Of a stretch of 64,000 nt of DNA, positions 16,919 through 25,323 are shown piece after piece. The position numbers and the translations under genes are program-made. Position 1 is the stretch's first letter. Each line of letters begins with the position of its first letter. The notes below the pieces were generated by a model. The model saw nothing but the letters and a program-made list of their open reading frames with translations. It was not told the DNA's origin and did not search any database. The stretch is from an uncultured Clostridia bacterium (GTDB lineage Bacteria; Bacillota; Clostridia; Christensenellales; UBA1242): positions 12,138 to 76,137 of the forward strand of contig CALWFB010000001.1 of the NCBI GenBank assembly GCA_944377485.1. The letters run 5' to 3'.

Positions 16919-16930
16919 ATGGAGGGAATT

Positions 16931-17815
16931 ATGAAATTAGGACTTGGAAGAGGATTAGATAGCTTATTGAAGGTATACGATGAAGAGGTTGAAACAAAAA
17001 AAACAGAAGAACCATTAAATAATTACACGATGAGACATGGAGAGGTTGAAAAAATAGATATAAATAAGATATATACCAATCCAAATCAGCCCAGAAAGAC
17101 ATTTGATAAGGAAAGTCTAAATGAATTGGCTGAAAGTATAAGAATACACGGCTTAATTCAACCGATAGTTGTAAATGAAATGCCAGACGGATATATGATT
17201 ATTGCCGGAGAACGAAGATTTAGAGCTTGCAAAATTTGCGGATTGAAAGAAATTGATGCAGTTGTGAAAAATTATTCAAATAAACAGATTGCAGAAATCG
17301 CAATAATTGAAAATTTACAACGTGAAGACTTAAATCCTGTTGAAATGGCGAAAGGTATAAAAAAATTAATGGACGAATATGGTTTAACACAAGAAAAAGT
17401 GGCAGAAAGATTAGGAAAATCAAGGTCTGCAATAGCTAACAGTTTACGTATCCTAACATTATATCCAGAAGTAATTGATTTAATTGAAAAAGGGAAAATA
17501 TCTTTTGGTCATGCAAAAATACTCGCTGCTGTGACAGATTATGCAACTCAATTGATTTTAGCTAAAAAGATTGCAAAAGATAAATTGACGGTTCGAGACC
17601 TTGAAAAAGAAGTTGATGCAATACTTGGAAATAAAAAGAAAAAGAAAGTAGCAAAACTGCCTAGTGAAGAACTGCAAGATTTTATATCTGAACTACAAAG
17701 AAAACTCGGAACAAAAGTGACAGTTATAGGAAATGACAAAAAAGGAAGAATATACATAGACTATTATTCACAAGACGATTTAGATAGAATTTACGATGTC
17801 GTTTTACGTAAATAA
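16931..17815 (+). CDS. spo0J: chromosome partitioning protein ParB/Spo0J
   Basis: Start set at ATG 16931 (MKLGLGRGLDSLL), 5 nt after GGAGGG. The ParB box IIAGERRFRA is present. Confidence 0.9.
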   Translation: MKLGLGRGLDSLLKVYDEEVETKKTEEPLNNYTMRHGEVEKIDINKIYTNPNQPRKTFDKESLNELAESIRIHGLIQPIVVNEMPDGYMIIAGERRFRACKICGLKEIDAVVKNYSNKQIAEIAIIENLQREDLNPVEMAKGIKKLMDEYGLTQEKVAERLGKSRSAIANSLRILTLYPEVIDLIEKGKISFGHAKILAAVTDYATQLILAKKIAKDKLTVRDLEKEVDAILGNKKKKKVAKLPSEELQDFISELQRKLGTKVTVIGNDKKGRIYIDYYSQDDLDRIYDVVLRK

Positions 17816-17913
17816 TTTATTTGTTAACATGTGAAATAAAAGCGCATACTATAAAATTAGTAGACGCAATAAAAAATAATAGAAGAAATATCTATTATTT
17901 TTTTTATTTAAAA

Positions 17914-18897
17914 TCAAAATATTTTTGTAGATATCTTTTTGTTTTGATGAACTTGTTCGAGAAATTCTTTCAAGACTTCTTCTTCGATTTCCTTTATTGA
18001 TTTATTACTAAGATAAGCGGCAGCCCCTATATGTCCTCCACCTCCAAATTTTTTTGCAATCATAGCGACATCGTATCCTCGTTTGGCTCTCATACTAACA
18101 TAATATTGATTATCCTTTGGTTGAACAAAACATACTAAGCAATTACCAGAAATCGTCGCCAATCTATTGATTATGCCAGTATAATCATCAAACTTTGCTT
18201 TATACAATCGGGCCTGTTCTCGTGTGATTTGTGTTAAAATTATTTTACCATCTTCTAACGTTATTATATTTTGAATTGCCAAAGCTAGCAGATTCATGTT
18301 TCTAATTGTATTACTATTAAAAAAGTTATTATATATAGCGCCACTATCAATATAATTAAAGCAGGCGCTTGCTATTTTAAATGTATTTTTAGTAATAGCG
18401 CCTACTGAAAAATTGTTTGTATCCGTTATTATTCCCGCATAAATTTTACCATAAATCTTTGATGAAAATTTATAGTTATAAGCTTTCAATATCTTATAAA
18501 CAATTTCACACGTAGAACTAACAATTTCTACTATATTAAAATCTCCATCTCTTAAATTTGTATTATGATGGTCTATTACGAAAGTTTGTTTTGCCTTATC
18601 AAAAAGTATTTTATATTTTCCTACTCTATCAAGATTTGGGCTATCCATCATAATAGCTGTATGATACTTTGTAAAACTTTTATTAATTTTAACATTTTCA
18701 ATTATTGGCAAATAATTATTTGCTAATCCATCACTTTCAGCAAAAATATCAACCTTTTTAATTCCAAAATGTTTTATTATAAATTCTCTCATTACTATCA
18801 TGCTACATAAAGCATCGGCATCTGGCTCAATGTGCCCTATTAAACAAACCGAAGTAGCTTTTGATAAATTATCTAATATTTTTTTATATCTATTCAT
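17914..18897 (-). CDS. nrnA: DHH/DHHA1 phosphoesterase (NrnA-like oligoribonuclease / pAp phosphatase)
   Basis: Motifs HIEPDADAL, VIDHHNTN, GGGGHIGAAA. TGaTATAAT lies 6 nt upstream of the ATG. Confidence 0.8.
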   Translation of the reverse strand: MNRYKKILDNLSKATSVCLIGHIEPDADALCSMIVMREFIIKHFGIKKVDIFAESDGLANNYLPIIENVKINKSFTKYHTAIMMDSPNLDRVGKYKILFDKAKQTFVIDHHNTNLRDGDFNIVEIVSSTCEIVYKILKAYNYKFSSKIYGKIYAGIITDTNNFSVGAITKNTFKIASACFNYIDSGAIYNNFFNSNTIRNMNLLALAIQNIITLEDGKIILTQITREQARLYKAKFDDYTGIINRLATISGNCLVCFVQPKDNQYYVSMRAKRGYDVAMIAKKFGGGGHIGAAAYLSNKSIKEIEEEVLKEFLEQVHQNKKISTKIF

Positions 18898-18968
18898 ATA
18901 TTTATTATATCATATTATTTGAAATTCAGTTTCGTTTTTTTACTTCTATTTCTAAAATAGTGTAAAAG

Positions 18969-19044
18969 TTATCCACATTATGTGGATAACTCTGTGGATA
19001 ACTTGTGGAAAAGGTGTGGAAAAGTCGAAATATATTGTGGATAA
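18969..19044. promoter_or_regulatory. DnaA-box cluster (6 boxes in 76 bp), candidate oriC or DnaA-titration site
   Basis: Perfect TTATCCACA/TGTGGATAA at 18969, 18981, 18993 and 19036. One-mismatch TGTGGAAAA at 19004 and 19015. Very AT-rich flank to 19295. Confidence 0.8.
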
Positions 19045-19295
19045 GACATAATTGTATATATTAATACATTATATCTATCATTTATAAATTCTATTCTATT
19101 ATTTAGATATTCTTTTACAAAATCTTATAAAACTTCTATAATCTATTTAAAACTATAATTTGGTTTAGCCTTAGAAATTTTTAATTTAATTTGATTTATA
19201 TTTTATAAAAGCATTATTTTAATTTGAAGACAACTGAAATATTACAAATTCTATATCGTTAGTTATAACTTGTAATTTTAAAAATATATTATTGT

Positions 19296-20009
19296 ATGAA
19301 GTTTAATATGAAAATCAAAAATTTTTTTCTTGCCAATAAATGTATTATAATAATGCTATGTATAATGCTGATACTTTCATCTTGTTTCTCTGGAATTGTA
19401 GCATATAGCGTTTCAAATTATAATGGTATTACAATTGTAATTGATGCAGGTCATGGAGGCAGAGACGGAGGAAGTATCGGAATAAATGGAACGATTGAAA
19501 AAGAAATAAATTTAAAATATTCGCTAGCATTAAAAGAAAAACTTGTAAGTGCGGGTTATAGAGTAGAATTAACTCGAAAAACTGATGATGCTCTATATTC
19601 TGAAACGGCAAAAAATAAAAAAATGAGCGATATGCGCGCAAGATTCAATATTATTCAAAAAACAAATCCAAATTTAGTAATAAGCATACACATGAACAGT
19701 TTTAATTCTTCAAGTGCACGTGGTGCATTGACATATTATCGCAATGGCGATGAAGCTAGCAAAAAATGTGCAGACTTGATTCAGTCTAGTTTAAACACTT
19801 ATTGTGCTGCTCCAACTCGTCAAGGAAAAGTTGGTGATTATTATATTTTAAATTGCAGTTATTACACCTCAATATTAATTGAATGTGGATTCATCTCAAA
19901 TCCAGAGGAAGAGAGATTATTAAATACTGATGAATATCGTGAAAAATTCATTGATGCTATTTATAATGGAATACTATTGTATTTTGGCAATACTAATAAC
20001 AATATTTAG
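19296..20009 (+). CDS. N-acetylmuramoyl-L-alanine amidase (Amidase_3, CwlD-like)
   Basis: IDAGHGGRDGG, SIHMNSF, ECGFISN motifs. N-terminal TM anchor. Confidence 0.85.
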   Translation: MKFNMKIKNFFLANKCIIIMLCIMLILSSCFSGIVAYSVSNYNGITIVIDAGHGGRDGGSIGINGTIEKEINLKYSLALKEKLVSAGYRVELTRKTDDALYSETAKNKKMSDMRARFNIIQKTNPNLVISIHMNSFNSSSARGALTYYRNGDEASKKCADLIQSSLNTYCAAPTRQGKVGDYYILNCSYYTSILIECGFISNPEEERLLNTDEYREKFIDAIYNGILLYFGNTNNNI

Positions 20010-20112
20010 TAAATGCATAATCATATATAACGCATTGTTTATTGCTTAAATTTTTTAAAACGACTTTAAATATATATTTTTTTAATAAACAAAAAAAGAG
20101 CAAAAGCTCTTT

Positions 20113-21549
20113 TTATACTAAACTAGTATCTCTGATATACAAACTTCCACTAGTTGTTGTCACTGTTAATGTAGCATTATTATAATCGGTAATCGAACCA
20201 TTAACATACTCAGTGTGTTCTTTATCTGTATAGCCGCCATAATTTGATATCTGTGCTAAATTCACACTTACGTCTCCCGAATCTGTTTTTGTATGCAACA
20301 TATATTTAGCATCGGTATTGATAATTAATGAAACTGAGCCAGTCTTCCCATCAACAACATTTTCTCCAAACACATTATTCATATTGATATCCGCTCTACC
20401 ATTATCGTTAATCGTTATAACAACATTTTCTACACCAGAAGAGGTGATTTTTCCATTGTTCGTAGTTGCTTGCAACATTCTTGAATTAGGATTATCCTCA
20501 TAACTATCTGCATCATTATTAAATGTTATATTGATATCTCCATAGTTGGAATTCGCTGTCACTCTTGAATATGTTGAATTAACTGTAATTGTCCCATCGT
20601 CTGTCGTTAGAATTAAAGGTGAAGTACTATTCTTTATCGTGATATTACCCGTATCCGTAGTAATGTCAGCAGTAGCCAAAACGTTCTCAATTTCTACTCT
20701 ACCAGATTTTGATAACAAAATTGTGCCACCATTTGTCAAATTCTTAATATATACATTTGTATCTGATGATTTTATTTCCACATAAAAGACCGTATCTATT
20801 TCAATTCTTCCGCCCGCTTCGTCTATATCTTCTCTAAAATCATTACATTCTTTTATTAATATAACCGCATTTTTATTAGATTCTATCAATACATCACCAA
20901 GTGTGCTGTTAAGCGCTTCAAAATATCCACTTGTCGCTGAGATGGTGACATCATTAACATTTGTTGTCACATTCTCACCAATAATAAAATCTGCCCTTCC
21001 AATATTTGCATCAATAAATCCATTAACTGAACCATCTACAAATTGGAAATTGCCACTAGTCGTATTATAAATTAAATTATTAACAATTATAGTTTCATTG
21101 TTTATATTTGTCTCCGCATTGTGATTATTTAACTCTATATCAAATGCTTTGCTCGTAGGTACTCTTAATTGAATAAATGATTTATTGGCAATTGTTGCAC
21201 CATATGGTTCATCGACATTAAATATCAATACTCCACTATCTATATCAACATCAATATTGACATCGCTATTTTTTTGAAGTACAAATCCTAATGAATTAGC
21301 ATAAACTCTAAGCGAAATGTTTTCACTGGCTGCTGGCACCACTGAAACGGCATAAGACCTCGAATTTACCTCAATTTTATTTATATTAGTGGCATCATAT
21401 GACTCTGAATTAAAATAATCATGATAACTAATATAAGTTATTCCAAATAAATTTGACCCCGGCACAAAGAATAGGTACAAAACACCCACTGCACATAGTC
21501 CAATCAATAGCAAAATTACTATTAAAAAATATTTCCAAAAGGTTTTCAT
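20113..21549 (-). CDS. membrane-anchored beta-helix repeat protein (DUF4097-like)
   Basis: N-terminal TM helix, then repetitive T/N/G/D-rich beta-strand units (..GDINITF.., ..GSLYIRD..). Confidence 0.5.
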   Translation of the reverse strand: MKTFWKYFLIVILLLIGLCAVGVLYLFFVPGSNLFGITYISYHDYFNSESYDATNINKIEVNSRSYAVSVVPAASENISLRVYANSLGFVLQKNSDVNIDVDIDSGVLIFNVDEPYGATIANKSFIQLRVPTSKAFDIELNNHNAETNINNETIIVNNLIYNTTSGNFQFVDGSVNGFIDANIGRADFIIGENVTTNVNDVTISATSGYFEALNSTLGDVLIESNKNAVILIKECNDFREDIDEAGGRIEIDTVFYVEIKSSDTNVYIKNLTNGGTILLSKSGRVEIENVLATADITTDTGNITIKNSTSPLILTTDDGTITVNSTYSRVTANSNYGDINITFNNDADSYEDNPNSRMLQATTNNGKITSSGVENVVITINDNGRADINMNNVFGENVVDGKTGSVSLIINTDAKYMLHTKTDSGDVSVNLAQISNYGGYTDKEHTEYVNGSITDYNNATLTVTTTSGSLYIRDTSLV

Positions 21550-21673
21550 AGTAATATTTTATAAGAAATAAAAAGTTTTGTCAATAGAAACAAAAACAAA
21601 TATTAGTTAAGCATGAGTCAAATTAAATTGATTTATCGCTTTGAAAGTGATATAATGAATAACGGAGTAAATT

Positions 21674-22312
21674 ATGTTGATAGATATTGAAGGAACTGAT
21701 GGCTCTGGGAAAGCTGTCCAAACTAAAAAATTATATGAATATTTAACCCAAAAAGGATATAAATGCAAACTAATAAGTTTTCCAAATTATGACAGCCCAT
21801 CAAGTGAACCTGTTAAAATGTATCTTGGCGGAGAATTAAAAAAAGAATTTGATGGATATCAAAATAGTGCCTTATATGCGGTTGATAGATTAATCACCAT
21901 GAACAATAATATTGACATCAATGATTATGATTTTATTCTGTTTGATAGATATGTTCCAAGCAATATGATTCATCAATCTACAAAGATGACAACTATTTCA
22001 GAAATTGATGCGTTTATTGAATGGATAATAGATTTTGAATATGGCAAACTAAAACTACCTATACCTGATAAAATCATTTTTTTAGATATGCCACCAGAAT
22101 TCAGTATGAAACTTGCCAGCGAGCGCTCCGATTTAAAATGCAAAAAAAATAAAGACATTTTGGAATCTGATGAAAATCATATTCGAACTGCATATGAGCG
22201 TGCTAAATACATTGCAAATAAATTTAATTGGCTCCACATACCATGTGTTAATGGCAATATCAAATCCATTGATGAAATTCACAAAGAAATATTGACTAAA
22301 TTGGGTATATAG
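21674..22312 (+). CDS. tmk: thymidylate kinase
   Basis: P-loop IEGTDGSGK, DRY-type motif, LID-region-like sequence. TTGATT-17-TATAAT promoter upstream. Confidence 0.8.
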   Translation: MLIDIEGTDGSGKAVQTKKLYEYLTQKGYKCKLISFPNYDSPSSEPVKMYLGGELKKEFDGYQNSALYAVDRLITMNNNIDINDYDFILFDRYVPSNMIHQSTKMTTISEIDAFIEWIIDFEYGKLKLPIPDKIIFLDMPPEFSMKLASERSDLKCKKNKDILESDENHIRTAYERAKYIANKFNWLHIPCVNGNIKSIDEIHKEILTKLGI

Positions 22313-22441
22313 TGATAATATTAAGAGCGCTCAATTTTAATTAGTATATTTGTATTACTATATAATATTAGACATTATTTATATATAAATATATATGACA
22401 AATTAAATATAATAATCAAATTAAAACAACTTGGAGATAAT

Positions 22442-24277
22442 ATGAAAATAATAACTAGACGAGAATTAATTGATAAATGGTTCAAATTTTATACGAGCAA
22501 AGCTCACGTAATTATACCTAGTGCTAGCATTGTGCCAGAAAACGACCCTACTGTGTTATTCACAACAGCAGGTATGCATCCGCTAGTACCATATTTGCTT
22601 GGTCAACCACACCCAAAAGGTAAAAGATTGTGCGACTTGCAAAAATGTATTCGAACCGGTGATATAGACGAAGTTGGAGATGATAGTCATCTAACTTTTT
22701 TTGAAATGCTTGGCAATTGGAGCCTTGGAGATTATTTCAAGGAACAAATGATTCCTTGGAGTTATGAATTCTTAACCAGTCTAGAATATTTAGGACTGGA
22801 CAAAGACAAGCTTGCTGTCACAGTATTTGCAGGAAATGACATTGCTCCACGAGATAATCTTTCAGCAGCATTATGGGAAAAGCAAGGTATAAAAAAAGAA
22901 AACATTTATTACTTAAAGGATAATTGGTGGATATTGGGAAGCGGAATTGGTCCATGCGGTCCAGATACTGAGATGTTTATTGATACGGGTAAACCAAAGT
23001 GTTCTCCTGAGTGTAATCCTAGTTGCGATTGTGGAAAATTCTTAGAAATTTGGAACGATGTATTTATGGAATATAAAGTCAATCCAGATAAATCAGTCGA
23101 AAAATTAGCTCATCCAAATGTTGACACGGGTATGGGACTAGAACGTACTCTTTGCAAATTAAATGGATACAAATCTGTATATGAAACAGAATTATTCGCT
23201 CCTATCATTCAATATTTAGAAAAAATTAGTGGTAAATCATATCATGATGAAGAATACACTTCTTCATTTAGGATTATCTCTGACCATATGCGTGCTGCTA
23301 CTTTTATTATTGGAGATGAACAAGGTGTTTCTCCTAGCAATTTAGGTCAAGGATATGTTCTACGCCGTCTTATTCGTAGAGCAATTCGACATATGAAAAA
23401 ATTAAGTATAGAAAAAGGTCACCTTGGCGAAATATCTAAACTTTATATAGAATATTTTAAACAAGATTATCCTGAACTCAATACCAATGCTCAAAAGATT
23501 ATTGATGAACTAAATAAAGAAGAAGACAAATTCTTAAAAACTCTTGAATTGGGCAACAAAGAATTTGAAAAAGTAATCAATGGAATTGAACGAAAAAATC
23601 AATTCATGTCAAAAGACCCAAATTATAAACCTGAAAATACTATCAGTGGTAAAAGTGCATTTAGGTTATATGATACCTTTGGTTTCCCAATTGAATTGAC
23701 ACAAGAAATGGCTAATGAACGTGGATATATGGTTGACATAGATGGATTTAACGAAGCTTTCCGTCAGCATCAAGAATTGGCTCGCACCACCAATGCGGGA
23801 GTGTTCAAAGGTGGACTTGCTGACGACAGTGTTTGGACAACTCGACTACACACAGCATGCCACTTATTACTTGCTGGACTAAGGAAAATGTTTGGCAATC
23901 AAATAGAACAAAAAGGTAGCAATATCACTAGTGAAAGGTTGCGTTTTGACTTTAACTTTGATAGAAAATTGACCGATGATGAAGTAAAAAGTCTTGAAGA
24001 ATTTGTAAACTCTGCAATAAAGCAATCTATTCCTGTTGAGCGTTTAGAAATGAAGTTTGAAGAAGCAAAACAAAAAGGTGCATATGGTGTATTAAAGGCA
24101 CAAGATAACGATATAATTTCCATATATAAAATAGGTGACGTAGATTTCCAAATTTGTGGTGGTCCGCATGCAAAAAACACTAGCGAACTGGTTGATTTTA
24201 AAATTGTTAAACAAGAAGCCGTGTCTGCTGGTGTAAGACGTATAAAGGCAGTGATTAATACACAAAATGCTAACTAA
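22442..24277 (+). CDS. alaS: alanine--tRNA ligase, short form lacking the C-Ala domain
   Basis: FTTAGMHP, FFEMLGNWSLGDYFK, GPCGPDTEMF. Editing-domain HTACHLL...CGGPH. Only 611 aa. Confidence 0.9.
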   Translation: MKIITRRELIDKWFKFYTSKAHVIIPSASIVPENDPTVLFTTAGMHPLVPYLLGQPHPKGKRLCDLQKCIRTGDIDEVGDDSHLTFFEMLGNWSLGDYFKEQMIPWSYEFLTSLEYLGLDKDKLAVTVFAGNDIAPRDNLSAALWEKQGIKKENIYYLKDNWWILGSGIGPCGPDTEMFIDTGKPKCSPECNPSCDCGKFLEIWNDVFMEYKVNPDKSVEKLAHPNVDTGMGLERTLCKLNGYKSVYETELFAPIIQYLEKISGKSYHDEEYTSSFRIISDHMRAATFIIGDEQGVSPSNLGQGYVLRRLIRRAIRHMKKLSIEKGHLGEISKLYIEYFKQDYPELNTNAQKIIDELNKEEDKFLKTLELGNKEFEKVINGIERKNQFMSKDPNYKPENTISGKSAFRLYDTFGFPIELTQEMANERGYMVDIDGFNEAFRQHQELARTTNAGVFKGGLADDSVWTTRLHTACHLLLAGLRKMFGNQIEQKGSNITSERLRFDFNFDRKLTDDEVKSLEEFVNSAIKQSIPVERLEMKFEEAKQKGAYGVLKAQDNDIISIYKIGDVDFQICGGPHAKNTSELVDFKIVKQEAVSAGVRRIKAVINTQNAN

Positions 24278-24295
24278 TTCCTTTTTAAAACAATA

Positions 24296-24327
24296 AAAAG
24301 AATCACGGAGTTCCGTGATTTTTTTAT
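24296..24327 (+). terminator. intrinsic terminator of alaS
   Basis: AATCACGGA-GT-TCCGTGATT followed by TTTTTTT. Confidence 0.8.
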
Positions 24328-24378
24328 TAAAATGCTCTCTTATTTTTTGAAATTTAAACATGTCTATTTCGAAATCAT

Positions 24379-24406
24379 TTGACAATGGTTTATTAGTTTT
24401 TATAAT
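24379..24406 (+). promoter_or_regulatory. consensus sigma70 promoter reading antisense into HTH gene 1
   Basis: TTGACA-16 nt-TATAAT. The -35 sits in the loop of the inverted repeat AAATCATT/AATGGTTT. Confidence 0.5.
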
Positions 24407-24445
24407 AATTCTGTTTTAATAAATAAAAGACAGACCAATTTCAAA

Positions 24446-24691
24446 TTAAATATCTTCTCTTCCTAGAAGATAATCTGTCGTCACTCCAAAATACTCAGCA
24501 ATTGCAACTAATGAATCAATTTGAGGAGAACGAATTTTTAAAAGCCAACAATTAATGGTTGATTTAGGTATATTTATCTTTTGAGATAATTGCGCAATAC
24601 TTAAAGATTGAAAATTCATTAACTCCTTTAAACGATTAGCAAAAATTGTTAAAATATCTTTTTTATTCAAATCAAAAATATTATCTTTCAT
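24446..24691 (-). CDS. XRE-family helix-turn-helix protein (81 aa)
   Basis: LSIAQLSQKINIPKSTINCWL HTH. Ends TTDYLLGREDI like its paralog. Confidence 0.8.
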   Translation of the reverse strand: MKDNIFDLNKKDILTIFANRLKELMNFQSLSIAQLSQKINIPKSTINCWLLKIRSPQIDSLVAIAEYFGVTTDYLLGREDI

Positions 24692-24715
24692 AATCTATAC
24701 TTTCTACGAAATCGT

Positions 24716-24744
24716 TTGACAACGATTTTTTCGTTTTTTATAAT
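24716..24744 (+). promoter_or_regulatory. consensus sigma70 promoter reading antisense into HTH gene 2
   Basis: TTGACA-17 nt-TATAAT. The -35 sits in the loop of the inverted repeat AAATCGTT/AACGATTT. Confidence 0.5.
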
Positions 24745-24770
24745 TAAAATGTTTTAATATTTTATATAGG

Positions 24771-24977
24771 TTATATATCTTCTCTTCCTAGAAGATAGTC
24801 AGTTGTCACATTAAAATAATCTGCTAATTGGACTACTGCATCTATTTTAGGTAATCTTGTTTTCAGTAGCCAACAGCTAATTGTTGACCTAGGAATATTG
24901 ACATTTTTGGCTAACTGTACAATATTCAAAGATTTGAACTCCATGAGTTCACGCAATCTCTCAACAAAAACATTCAT
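24771..24977 (-). CDS. XRE-family helix-turn-helix protein (paralog; start at ATG 24977 or TTG 25010)
   Basis: LNIVQLAKNVNIPRSTISCWL HTH. C-terminus TTDYLLGREDI. Confidence 0.8.
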   Translation of the reverse strand: MNVFVERLRELMEFKSLNIVQLAKNVNIPRSTISCWLLKTRLPKIDAVVQLADYFNVTTDYLLGREDI

Positions 24978-25133
24978 TATTTTGTCTCTCACAAAATTAT
25001 TATGAATCAAGAACGCATATTTATTTTATTAGGTGGCGAAAGCAACCTATTGTAATTATATTAAAACTAGCGAAAACTCGGATAACTTTGAATCTTTATT
25101 TGCTAGCGATTTAGAACAGTTGTTGTTTTCGCT

Positions 25134-25166
25134 AAAAAAAGCACATAATGTGCTTTTTTATTTTTT
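25134..25166. terminator. bidirectional intrinsic terminator
   Basis: AAAAAAAGCACA-TAA-TGTGCTTTTTTATTTTTT. Confidence 0.65.
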
Positions 25167-25323
25167 CCTTTAATTAAGTAATTCATCAATCAAATTAAAA
25201 TCTAAATTTATTGTAAATTTTAAATTATTTAATATGAAAATAATGAATTTAAAAATTTTTTTATAATTATTTTACTTTTAATTAGTTTTATGTTATAACT
25301 TTTTATATAATTCAGGAGAAAAT

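Noticed and set aside
16707-16919. 70-aa minus-strand ORF between parA and parB
   Set aside because: It spans two parS palindromes. It is AT-rich and low-complexity, with no SD.
24092-24385. 97-aa minus-strand ORF
   Set aside because: It overlaps the alaS 3' end and its terminator. Only its first ~30 codons resemble the upstream unit of the HTH repeat, so it is a degenerate relic and not a gene.
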